32,000 nucleotides of DNA from Terriglobia bacterium (GTDB lineage Bacteria > Acidobacteriota > Terriglobia > Bryobacterales > Bryobacteraceae). The notes beneath the pieces are model-generated. The model was not told the DNA's origin. It ran no database searches and worked only from the letters and a program-made list of their open reading frames with translations. Below are positions 20,024 to 28,219 of the stretch, in pieces. The stretch is taken from the NCBI GenBank assembly GCA_963699945.1, contig CAVOVW010000011.1, forward strand, positions 177,642-209,641. Direction: 5' to 3'. A program made the translations under genes and the position numbers. Each line of letters starts with the position of its first letter. Within the stretch, counting starts at the first letter, position 1.

Positions 20024-20027
20024 TCGC

Positions 20028-20102
20028 GGCGCTATCGTCTAACGGTTAGGACGGAGCCCTCTCAAGGCTTAAATACGGGTTCGATTCCCGTTAGCGCTAC
20101 CA
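20028..20102 (+). tRNA. tRNA-Glu: tRNA-Glu (anticodon CUC), CCA encoded
   Basis: Hand-folded cloverleaf. Acceptor GGCGCTA/TAGCGCT (G1-U72 wobble). D arm GTCT-AACGGTTA-GGAC. Anticodon arm GAGCC-CT[CTC]AA-GGCTT. Variable loop AAAT. T arm ACGGG-TTCGATT-CCCGT. Discriminator A, then CCA. Confidence 0.9.
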
Positions 20103-20521
20103 ATTCCTCATACACTTACGGGCCGCAGGGCAGCACAGGGCAGCACGCGCATCGAAAATTATCGGGTTAGGGCTTGACGGCTAGAGGCTCGCAATCGAAG
20201 CGAAGGCCACTGGCTAGCGATTAAGAGTCTTGCATTCGAATGCTTGCGTTTTTCAACGGGGGGCCGCTGGGGATCGACGCGATCCGGATGCCCGGCGGGG
20301 CAAGACTCGTGGCGCTGGGCCGGTTTCAACTTGCGAGTGGCATGCCGCTTCGGCTACAAGCACCCCCTTTTTCCTGACCGCCCCGCGCGGGGCCTCGGGG
20401 ACTAAGCCTAAAGTAAAAGAGAGATTCGTGGGATCTGTTAGTCGCCCCATATATCCTAATATGATTGAAAACATGTTGGTTGTGGGCGACAATGTCAAGC
20501 AACCCGAGGGACGACAGGAAA

Positions 20522-21562
20522 ATGGCACATGCGCTGAATCTCGAGACAGCGGAGGAAGACTTTCGCAAAAACCTCGCCCGATCCATCCAGTCAGCCCACC
20601 TCAATTTTCTGATTGGATCGGGCGCCTCGTACCCGGCAATTCCCACAGCAGGCGCGGTGGAGGCAGAGATCGTCTCTCTCTTTGAAGCAGGCGACGAAGA
20701 CGGGGCCTATCTAAAGCTCTACGATTTCCTAGCTGCCATTCAAGTCCCGACCAATAGTTTGATCGTAGGCACCAGCGATATGGCGATCACCTCCACTGTG
20801 GCAAACTACACCGAGTACCTCGGCATTATCGAAGCCATCCTTCGAGAACGACGCACTTCGTTGTTGCCAAAGCAAGCTACCATCTTCACGACCAACTATG
20901 ACCTGTTTATTGAACAGGCGTCGCTTTCCTATCCCGCAATGCGGCTGAACGACGGCTTCAGCCGGGTGCCGAGCCTTTCGGGGCGAGCAGAATTTTCCTC
21001 GCGAACCTTCTTCACGTCGACTTCAAACACGGGGAATCTCTATAACTACAAGGTCGATATTCCCAGCATCAATTTGATCAAACTGCACGGCTCCCTATCT
21101 TGGAAGAAGGACGGGGACTGCGTACTGTTCTCCGTCCGGGACACGCCGCCTTTGGCAGCCGGAAAGACGGCGGCGGAGGTAAAGACATTCGTCGACGCCT
21201 ATGCGATGGTTTTGCCGGAAGCGAAGAAGTTCCACGCAACCTTGATGGACGGCACTTATTACGAACTTCTCCGGATTTTTAACAATGAGCTGGACCGCGA
21301 GGGAACGCTGCTCATTTCTTTTGGATTCTCCTTCGGTGACTCGCACATACTCGGCATCACCAAGCGCGCTCTGAAGAATCCAACCCTGAAGCTCGTCGCA
21401 TTCGCATTCAGCGAGACGGATCGGGAGAGCCTGCTGGAGCGATTTGATGGTTCAAACAACGTCGACATCATTGCGCCTGGCTCCGCCACAAACATCGACT
21501 TCGTTCGCTTCAATGCGGTGTTACGCAGCATCTTGCCGGACTTCAACGAGAAAACAAAATGA
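20522..21562 (+). CDS. SIR2-like (SIR2_2) NADase-type effector of a SIR2-HerA pair
   Basis: Motifs NFLIGSGASYP, IFTTNYDLFIEQA and IKLHGSLSW. I prefer the start MAHALNLE at 20522 (AGGAA 4 nt upstream) over the track start at 20465. The stop overlaps the herA ATG (ATGA at 21559-21562). Confidence 0.85.
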   Translation: MAHALNLETAEEDFRKNLARSIQSAHLNFLIGSGASYPAIPTAGAVEAEIVSLFEAGDEDGAYLKLYDFLAAIQVPTNSLIVGTSDMAITSTVANYTEYLGIIEAILRERRTSLLPKQATIFTTNYDLFIEQASLSYPAMRLNDGFSRVPSLSGRAEFSSRTFFTSTSNTGNLYNYKVDIPSINLIKLHGSLSWKKDGDCVLFSVRDTPPLAAGKTAAEVKTFVDAYAMVLPEAKKFHATLMDGTYYELLRIFNNELDREGTLLISFGFSFGDSHILGITKRALKNPTLKLVAFAFSETDRESLLERFDGSNNVDIIAPGSATNIDFVRFNAVLRSILPDFNEKTK

Positions 21563-23432
21563 GCGTAGCCAAGCTCACTCAGGACGCGGTTTTGAGAATC
21601 GGCGAGGTCGCGGGGGTCGATGGGCGAAAAATCTATGTGTTAGTGGACAAGAATAAGAATCTTTCCGACATGTTTTTCAATGGCGACATCCTCCGCAACA
21701 TCTCTGTCGAACAGCTATATCGAGATCCGCAAGGGTTTTCTAAGCCTGATCGGTCGCGTTGAAGGGGAAAAGATCGAGGAAGACTATCCCAGGCCACAGG
21801 TAAGGCATTCGAGACCCTGAACAGGAACAAGCGCGTTCTTACCGTGGCGCTCGCTGGATATTTAGACGAGCGCGGGATTTTCACCGGCGGGATGAAAGAG
21901 TTGCCGCTCATCGGGAACGAGGCCTACATCGTAACGCCTGAGAGAAGATCCGGCGCGTCCACAATCTTGTGCGCGAAGACGACTCTCCCGCTGTTGTGAT
22001 CGCCAGTATCGAAGGGCACGGTTTCGATATTGAGCTCCCCGTCGATGGATTGTTCAACAGTCACATCGCAATTTTTGGCAACACGGGTAGCGGTAAGTCC
22101 AATACCTTGGCATATCTCTATCAGGAATTTGTCCGCGTTCTGACTGAGCGAAATGCCGGAGCCTTCTCGGAGAACGCGCGCATTCTGATGCCTGGATTTC
22201 AACGGGGAATACGTCGGACCTCAATGCATAACACCCAACAAGAAAGTTTACAGTCTATCCACGCGACAGGATGGTGCCGACAAGATTCCGATGAACGATG
22301 ATGCTCTTCTGAACATCGAGGTTCTATCGATCCTCGCAGACGCGACCGAGAAAACACAGAAGCCCTTCTTAAGCCGGGCAGTCAAGTTCTATCGAAAAGT
22401 GATCGATGGAGACGACGGAGACCCCTCGGCATACCTGAAGAATGTCCTACGCGGCCGTGTTCGCGAAGTTCTGCAGATGAGCGATAAGTTACGGGCATTC
22501 CTGATCTTGGACTACTTCAGGGAAATATTGCCCAGCGAAAACGCGGAAGGCAATCCGGTTGATATCGCCTCCGATTTGGATTGGCACAACACATGCAGCG
22601 AATTCCGCATTCGGCCGAATGGCGCCTTCCTTGCGCAGAACCCTGCGAGCATTCCTGGCACGGTTCTCTATCAACACGTCGACACATTCCGGCTCGGAGA
22701 TAGTCTGCTCTCCACGCTCATCGTGTTTTTGTATTTGCAATTGATCTACGATCTTCTCGCGAATCGAGCCCAAAACGAGCACATAGCCCCCGTGATTAAC
22801 AGGTTGAAGGCAAAAAAAGGGGACATCGACAAGATTTTCGATATGGACAGCGATGCGCCGTTTTGGCAAAGGAACGTTGTCGTTGTCAGCCTGTCTGATG
22901 TCAATCTGGAGATGAAGAAGACCTTGCCACTGCTGCTGGCGAAGAAGCTCTACCGAGAGCAAAAGGAGACGGGACAAGGCGGGTGTCTCAGCATCGTGAT
23001 CGACGAGGCGCACAATATTCTTTCGACGGAGTCATTTCGCGAGGCGGAGAGTTGGAAGGATTATCGTCTGGAGACGTTCGAGGAGATCATAAAAGAAGGC
23101 CGCAAATTTGGCGTCTTTGTGACGATTGCCAGTCAACGGCCGAATGACATTTCACCAACGATCACCTCGCAAGCCCACAATTACTTCATCCACCGACTCT
23201 TGAACGAGCGCGATCTCAACGCCATCGCCAGCGCCGTCTCCTACATCGACCGGGTTACCGAGGAATCGATACCTACGTTGCCGACGGGAACCTGCATATT
23301 CAGTGGCATCGCGAGCCAGATCCCGTCAAAATCAATGTCAAGCCGCTGTTCGGGGCTGCCCGGCCGCAAAGCGAAACACGAAAATTCGGTGTCATTGTTC
23401 CCTCAACACGACGGGACGGCCACGAAAAATAG
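21559..23432 (+). pseudogene. herA: HerA-like (DUF87) hexameric ATPase partner of SIR2, five frameshifts as given
   Basis: N-terminal barrel segment RIGEVAGVDGRKIYVLVDKNKN..NISV / SYIEIRKGFLSLIGRVEGEKIEEDY / GKAFETLNRNKRVLTVALAGYLDERGIFTGGMKELPLIGNEAYIVTPE. Walker A is AIFGNTGSGKSNTLAYL. Walker B is LSIVIDEAHNIL. Also KEGRKFGVFVTIASQRPNDI. Frame changes occur at ~21710, ~21795, ~21945, ~22191 and ~23320. The true C-terminus (PVKINVKPLFGAARPQSETRKF..HEK*) ends at 23432. Confidence 0.85.
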
Positions 23433-23657
23433 GACGAGACTGTGTACGGCAAGTGAGTCTCCGTCGGTCCATTTCGAGCTGATCACTCAAACCAATTGGC
23501 GCAGAATTTTCGCACTTTAAGGCCCTATGCAAGGAGGCACTCTGTGTTCACGCAAGGTCCCACTTCGGTGCGACAGAGGTTCGCCGCGGTGTTCACACTT
23601 CATGATCGCCGCCTCTGTCCACCATCACTGGTATCGAAGCAAGGGGCTGCCTTCGTC

Positions 23658-24500
23658 CTACCCCACCAAGAGTATGTGAAGTAGCCGACGGCCTGCTTCC
23701 GTAATCGCCGGGGATTCTCTGAGAAGTTGAGTCGCGGAGACATCCTTCTCGATCTCGACGATGCGGCGAAGAGCAAAATCTCGGTCTATCTTGCTTTGGG
23801 CAGTGCGCGAAACTTGCTGCCACATCCACCGGAGGACGGAAAAAACGTAAATGCCGTGCAGGACGCCTTGTGTTGGCCGCGCCTGTTGTTTCCATGGCGA
23901 ATATACCGACCAGTTTGACTCGGAATTTACAAGCGGAAACAACTCCTCAAAAAGCGTGAGCTGCAAGTGCATCGTCTCGTGTATCAGGTTCTCAGCTACG
24001 CGCATGACAGAACTGCGATCGTTGCGATTCGGGGCGGAAATGAAAATAGAAAAAGGAATGGCGGGATCACTGAAGCTTGTGTCGTAATCATCGTCTTTCG
24101 CAATGATTATGTGGCAGCGCCACGCCAGTTCGGAAATGGCCGAGCATAAAAACGGATACGGCTCAATGACCTCCGAAACCGCGGCTTTCGCGAGCTCAAC
24201 GGCCTCACAACGGCGCACATCATCAGCGAGTTGAAGGCCACGTTCCGCCGCGTAACGTTGCAGTGCAGGACTGCTCGCTTCGATGAAGAGCAGCTTCCCG
24301 CTGCCGACGTGAATCGAGCTCAAAATTGAAGAATTCTGATCTGCCAAACCCGAGAGGAAGCGCTCCGTGGAGTAGGTTTCTCGAGTAAGCGAGTCACGCT
24401 CACGAAGCGTATGTTCGCGGCGCGAGCGGAGAATGGCCGACAGGGGCTTGATAGTTGGCGGAACAAGATCGGCGGGATTAAGCTCGGGAGCAGTCAGCAT
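23658..24500 (-). CDS. HExxH-motif protein of the type found beside rSAM/SPASM peptide maturases (putative alpha-KG-dependent peptide beta-hydroxylase)
   Basis: 280 aa, intact. Motif NLIHETMHLQLTLFE (H-E-T-M-H). The start overlaps the upstream 2OG oxygenase gene by 23 nt. Last gene of the minus-strand operon. Confidence 0.7.
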   Translation of the reverse strand: MLTAPELNPADLVPPTIKPLSAILRSRREHTLRERDSLTRETYSTERFLSGLADQNSSILSSIHVGSGKLLFIEASSPALQRYAAERGLQLADDVRRCEAVELAKAAVSEVIEPYPFLCSAISELAWRCHIIIAKDDDYDTSFSDPAIPFSIFISAPNRNDRSSVMRVAENLIHETMHLQLTLFEELFPLVNSESNWSVYSPWKQQARPTQGVLHGIYVFSVLRWMWQQVSRTAQSKIDRDFALRRIVEIEKDVSATQLLRESPAITEAGRRLLHILLVG

Positions 24501-25101
24501 AAAACGAAAACACCATCGTGTAGCGATCGCCTTTATGAACTTGACTTACCGCGTGATAGGATCCTTCGGAAATTTCGAAACCAAACCCTGACCGGCTGGT
24601 GGGAAGTATGACTTCATCCAGTGTTTCGACATCTGAGCCCCGAAATAGCATTAATAAGCCACCGTTTGCCTCATCCCACTCCCGGTTGAGCTGAATTATG
24701 AAGCGGTGGGTCTCGCCGTCCGGTCTTGCGTCATTGTGAATTCTGATTCTTTGCGTCTTATTCATCTTGTGTGCTGAGATGTCGACTTGTGGCTTTAGTG
24801 AAGCTCCTAGCAGCGCTCCAACGCTCTGTCGAAGTTGTCCAACCGTGGAATCGGACAATAGTGGCCTCAGATTCATAGGTAGGTTGACGTCTCGGAAGTC
24901 GAATTCGTATTGTTCGTAGAAATCCCTAAGGGCAAGTTGCCAGGGGGCTTCAGACTCGAACCACGACAGCAATGCTTGTTCGAGATCCTCGGAGACGACA
25001 GCTTCCGCTGTAAAGCAAGGAAAAGGCCGGGACCGAGATACGGCCGCGGAAAGATCAAGAGGGTTCACTGTACTCCCGGAGTATTCCGTGCATGTGGCCA
25101 A
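24478..25101 (-). CDS. 2OG-Fe(II) oxygenase superfamily protein (prolyl-hydroxylase-like fold)
   Basis: 207 aa, intact. Facial triad context RIRIHNDARPD (HxD) ... GGLLMLF ... SYHAVSQVHKGDRYTMVFSFY. Overlaps the rSAM 3' end; an alternative GTG start at 25068 would shorten the overlap. Confidence 0.8.
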   Translation of the reverse strand: MATCTEYSGSTVNPLDLSAAVSRSRPFPCFTAEAVVSEDLEQALLSWFESEAPWQLALRDFYEQYEFDFRDVNLPMNLRPLLSDSTVGQLRQSVGALLGASLKPQVDISAHKMNKTQRIRIHNDARPDGETHRFIIQLNREWDEANGGLLMLFRGSDVETLDEVILPTSRSGFGFEISEGSYHAVSQVHKGDRYTMVFSFYADCSRA

Positions 25102-26174
25102 TTACCAGCTGATAGTCGGCACAATAGATAGACGGATTTGCCAAGCCCGTCTTAGGATGCCATCTTGACAGTGGCATGCCACCTCCGCAAACGGGCAGTA
25201 ACGCACACTTTTGGCAAACGGGGCTGGTTGGATGCTGGAGCTCAGCGGAGCGCACGAACTCAGGCGAGGAAGAGATTTCGGAAAGCCGCGTATTCGAAAT
25301 AGACCACCCCTTCGCAAAACGATCGGCGCCATCGTACATGCTCTTCAGCGTGTCATTCTTTGTGATCGTTCCATCGGTGTCTATTACAGCAATGCCATAG
25401 GTTCTTTGTCCGCAGCCCTCCTTCACCGAGACTCCTCCCAACAAAAGCCGCCCCCAATCGTCAAGGATGCGGATACGCGGCGGATTCGGGTCGACGACAT
25501 AGCAATCCCAAATTGCGGCAAGCCAGCCTCCGTATTCTGTGGACTCAATTGCAGCCTTTCCAGGCGGGAGCTTCGCATAATTCCCGTCCTTGAAAAGGAA
25601 ATCGACGCTAGGAACAGCTAACGATTTGAAAAAACCGTAAATCCTCTGCGGATTCGAGGTTGGATCGACTACGCAGAGCGCCCCGGTCAGAAGCCGAGAG
25701 GCTTCTGGGTGTCGTCGAACACGATCAATCCCTGCGACAGCTCGCCCAAAGGTACCTTCGCCATTGAATGCAATACGAAAAGAATCGTGTACGTCTGCGG
25801 GACCGTCAATGCTAACGGAAAGGGTCGTATGGGTGCGGAGGCACAATTCGAGCAGGTCGTCATCGATAAGCGTTCCATTCGTCTGGATGGCCCGGCTGCA
25901 AGCCATAGGTAGGTGGTCAGCAAGACCCTGGAGCAGTGCGTGAAGAAGGTTTCGGGGAGGAGAAGGGTTCGCCCCCGTGAAGAATGACGGCAAATGGATG
26001 CTCCTGGTCCTCGTGTAACGCAGCCAGTTGCCGAATCACGTTCTCAACAGTGGAGGCGGACATGTGTTTGGGCATGCCCTGCCAACTCATATCGCCTTGC
26101 TGATAGACATAGCAGTAGCTGCAGTTAATGTTGCAGCGCGACGCCACCTTTAATAGGATTGTGTCGAGTTGCAT
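25055..26174 (-). pseudogene. FxsB-like radical SAM/SPASM peptide maturase (cyclophane-forming family), split by one frameshift in a G4/C4 run near 25954-25957
   Basis: N-terminus LKVASRCNINCSYCYVYQQGDMSWQGMP (CX3CX2C) ..AVILHGGEP. After a 1-nt shift it continues as RNLLHALLQGL..AIQTNGTLIDDDLLELC..LSVSIDGPADVHDSFR. C-terminal SPASM cysteines are CQKCALLPVCGGG...YCADY. Total length is 1120 nt, i.e. 3n+1. GAAGGA lies 6 nt upstream of the ATG. Confidence 0.88.
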
Positions 26175-26199
26175 GCCGGTCCTTCAGCTTGGTCGAGGC

Positions 26200-26394
26200 C
26201 TATCGGTTGTGGCGATTATGTGCGCGGTCGTATCCGTTCGCAATCGAAGAACCGTTCGCGGCTTCGTAGCGCACCTCGTCCATGAGCCGCTGGAGTGCGG
26301 CACTATCACGAAGCGGCTTTGGAAGCGGCGAGCGTTCGGACATCCGCTCCGATGTGGCCGTGTCTTTAGATCGTTCGGAAGAAACGTACTCCAT
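26200..26394 (-). CDS. Putative RiPP precursor peptide (64 aa), C-terminal core GYDRAHNRHNR
   Basis: Strong SD (AAAGGAG, 8 nt upstream of the ATG). Ends 25 nt upstream of the rSAM start. Acidic/Ser-rich leader with helix-like RDSAALQRLMDEVRYE. The C-terminus carries three aromatic-X-Arg triplets (YDR, HNR, HNR-COOH). Confidence 0.6.
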   Translation of the reverse strand: MEYVSSERSKDTATSERMSERSPLPKPLRDSAALQRLMDEVRYEAANGSSIANGYDRAHNRHNR

Positions 26395-26452
26395 TTAGCT
26401 ACTCCTTTGAATTGGCTCTATTGCAGCGTCTACGTAAAGTGAAACCTAGCCA

Positions 26453-26481
26453 AGTGTACCTTCTCGAACATAGAAAATCAA
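26453..26481 (-). promoter_or_regulatory. Putative sigma70-type promoter of the precursor-rSAM operon
   Basis: On the minus strand: TTGATT (26481-26476), 17 nt, TACACT (26458-26453). This is about 50 nt upstream of the precursor SD, in an AT-rich stretch. Confidence 0.35.
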
Positions 26482-26502
26482 CGAGACGCAAGGCATTTGA
26501 TA

Positions 26503-26823
26503 TCAGTAATATATAGAGCTCAAAAAAGCGATTCTTTCAACGATCAAATTTTGGCTACAAGACATGGGCGACAGAAGACCCCCGAGAACCTGATAATTCA
26601 CCATTCGCTTACATACCAGCGAGAAAATGTAATTGCGAGTATTCGGAATCTTCAGTTCGTCTATGCCTAGCGAGCATGATGGCGCGTCGAGTCTAACGCA
26701 CCAATGAGATACCATGGAGCCTGCGATGCGATTCTTTTGCATCGTTCTCGGGGCATTTTTGTCCCGGTCGACATTGTAGCGGTCCAAAATGCGCTTCAGC
26801 GTCCGCAATTGATAGTCTGACAA
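26503..26823 (-). CDS. Questionable 106-codon ORF in the AT-rich divergent intergenic region
   Basis: TTG start with no SD, no recognisable motif, atypical composition. Listed only because it is the sole long ORF in 26.4-26.85 kb. Confidence 0.2.
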   Translation of the reverse strand: MSDYQLRTLKRILDRYNVDRDKNAPRTMQKNRIAGSMVSHWCVRLDAPSCSLGIDELKIPNTRNYIFSLVCKRMVNYQVLGGLLSPMSCSQNLIVERIAFLSSIYY

Positions 26824-26847
26824 CTACCACAGGAGACTGTTTAATAC

Positions 26848-28215
26848 ATGTCCGGCGAGGCGAAACCATTTGATGCGATGCACTTCCGATCTCTGCGATT
26901 GGAGAATGTACGCGCCTTTGCCAGTTCGCAATCCCTTGAATTCGTGGACGAGTGCAACGCCGTCAGCCGCTGGAATCTGATTCTCGGAGAGAATGGGGTC
27001 GGCAAGACGACGTTGATGCAGGCTCTCGCAGTGATGCGTCCGATTCCAGCATTTGATGAGGCAGCGATCAAGGACTCCACTGATGCTGGGAATCCGACGT
27101 TGTCAAAGGCCGAACTTTCGACTCACGAAAACGACGAGATTGTTCGCTTTATCCGGCGAAATGGAAACGTGACGGCTACAATGGCGGCGGTTCTTGTGAC
27201 TGACAGTGGTGTCACGTTGGAGGTCGGAGTTGAGGCTAGTGGCACGACAAAAGAATTAAGAGATGTGCAATTCAGTGCGGCGCCCCATGAGCTCAAGTCG
27301 GAAGGTCCGTTAGTCATCGGCTACGGAGCTGGCCGCCATGTCGGTCATCGCAATCTCGCAGCCGTCGCATCTCGTGACGCCACGGCTTCTCTTTTTTCGG
27401 ATGCCATAGATCTGTATGACGCTGAAGAAATTATAGAAAAGCTGGACCACGCCGCGAAGAGCGATCCACTTGGGCCGCAAGGGCAGGATGCACTGCGGCT
27501 AAAGGCACTTACAACCGTCGTTGCGTCGTTGCTGCCGGATCTCACGCCCGAAGGTATTGAAATTCGTGGACCACGTATCGCTGGACGCGAGCCGGATCAA
27601 TGCGGCATTCACGTGCGAACGCCCTCCGGAGTGACGCCGCTTACGGATCTCAGCCTTGGTTACCAGGCAATGTTCGCTTGGACTGTCGATTTGGCTTGGC
27701 GGCTTTTCGACGCTTTTCCCCAAAGCTCCGAGCCTCTTCGCGAGAGCGCGATAGTACTCATTGACGAGGTCGATCTCCACTTACATCCTAGGTGGCAGAG
27801 AAAACTGCGTCGGCATCTGCTCGACCATTTTCCTAAGGTTCAGTTCATCGCGACCACTCATAGTCCGGTTACTGCTCAGGAGACGCTCTCAGAAGGCGGG
27901 ACCGTAGCGGTCGTACGGTGGACCGGTAGCGAAGCCCAGGTCCTGAATCGCCCAATCCCGAGGCGCGAGTGGCGTTATGATCAGCTACTAGCCAGCGAGC
28001 TCTTTGAGTTCGATTCCGATCGGAGCCAAGACGCCGAGGCGAAGCTCGGCGAACGATTATTGCTGATACGGAACACCAACCGCTCACCTCAGCAAGAGGC
28101 GCGCCTGCGGGAGTTGGATGAATTTGTTGCGTCTCTCCCCACTGCAAGCTCGCCGGGGGCACAGAGCTTCGAGGATCTGATGAAGGAATTCGTAAAGGAT
28201 ATTCGGAAGGTATAG
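26848..28215 (+). CDS. ptuA: PtuA-like AAA/ABC-type ATPase (Septu-like defence system)
   Basis: 455 aa, intact. Walker A is LILGENGVGKTTLMQAL. Walker B/D-loop region is IVLIDEVDLHLHPRWQRKLRRHLLDHFPKVQFIATTHSPV (AAA_15/21 architecture). AGGAGA lies 10 nt upstream of the ATG. Confidence 0.8.
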   Translation: MSGEAKPFDAMHFRSLRLENVRAFASSQSLEFVDECNAVSRWNLILGENGVGKTTLMQALAVMRPIPAFDEAAIKDSTDAGNPTLSKAELSTHENDEIVRFIRRNGNVTATMAAVLVTDSGVTLEVGVEASGTTKELRDVQFSAAPHELKSEGPLVIGYGAGRHVGHRNLAAVASRDATASLFSDAIDLYDAEEIIEKLDHAAKSDPLGPQGQDALRLKALTTVVASLLPDLTPEGIEIRGPRIAGREPDQCGIHVRTPSGVTPLTDLSLGYQAMFAWTVDLAWRLFDAFPQSSEPLRESAIVLIDEVDLHLHPRWQRKLRRHLLDHFPKVQFIATTHSPVTAQETLSEGGTVAVVRWTGSEAQVLNRPIPRREWRYDQLLASELFEFDSDRSQDAEAKLGERLLLIRNTNRSPQQEARLRELDEFVASLPTASSPGAQSFEDLMKEFVKDIRKV

Positions 28216-28219
28216 GACG

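Noticed and set aside
20127-20146. The tandem decamer agggcagcac x2 as a CRISPR or other repeat array.
   Set aside because: There are only two adjacent copies with no spacers and no cas genes, which is too small to call. It is noted only as part of the tRNA-proximal junction.
20230-20521. The ORF 20230-20685 and the N-terminal extension of the SIR2 ORF from 20465.
   Set aside because: The Arg/Gly/Pro-rich translation looks non-coding. The SIR2 homology starts at MAHALNLE (20522), which has its own AGGAA ribosome-binding site.
23544-23684. A 46-codon GTG ORF preceded by a perfect AAGGAGG (23531-23537), between herA and the HExxH gene.
   Set aside because: The product is basic and low-complexity with no motif. 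It overlaps the 3' end of the convergent HExxH gene. The SD match alone is insufficient, but it would be worth a look in ribosome-profiling data.
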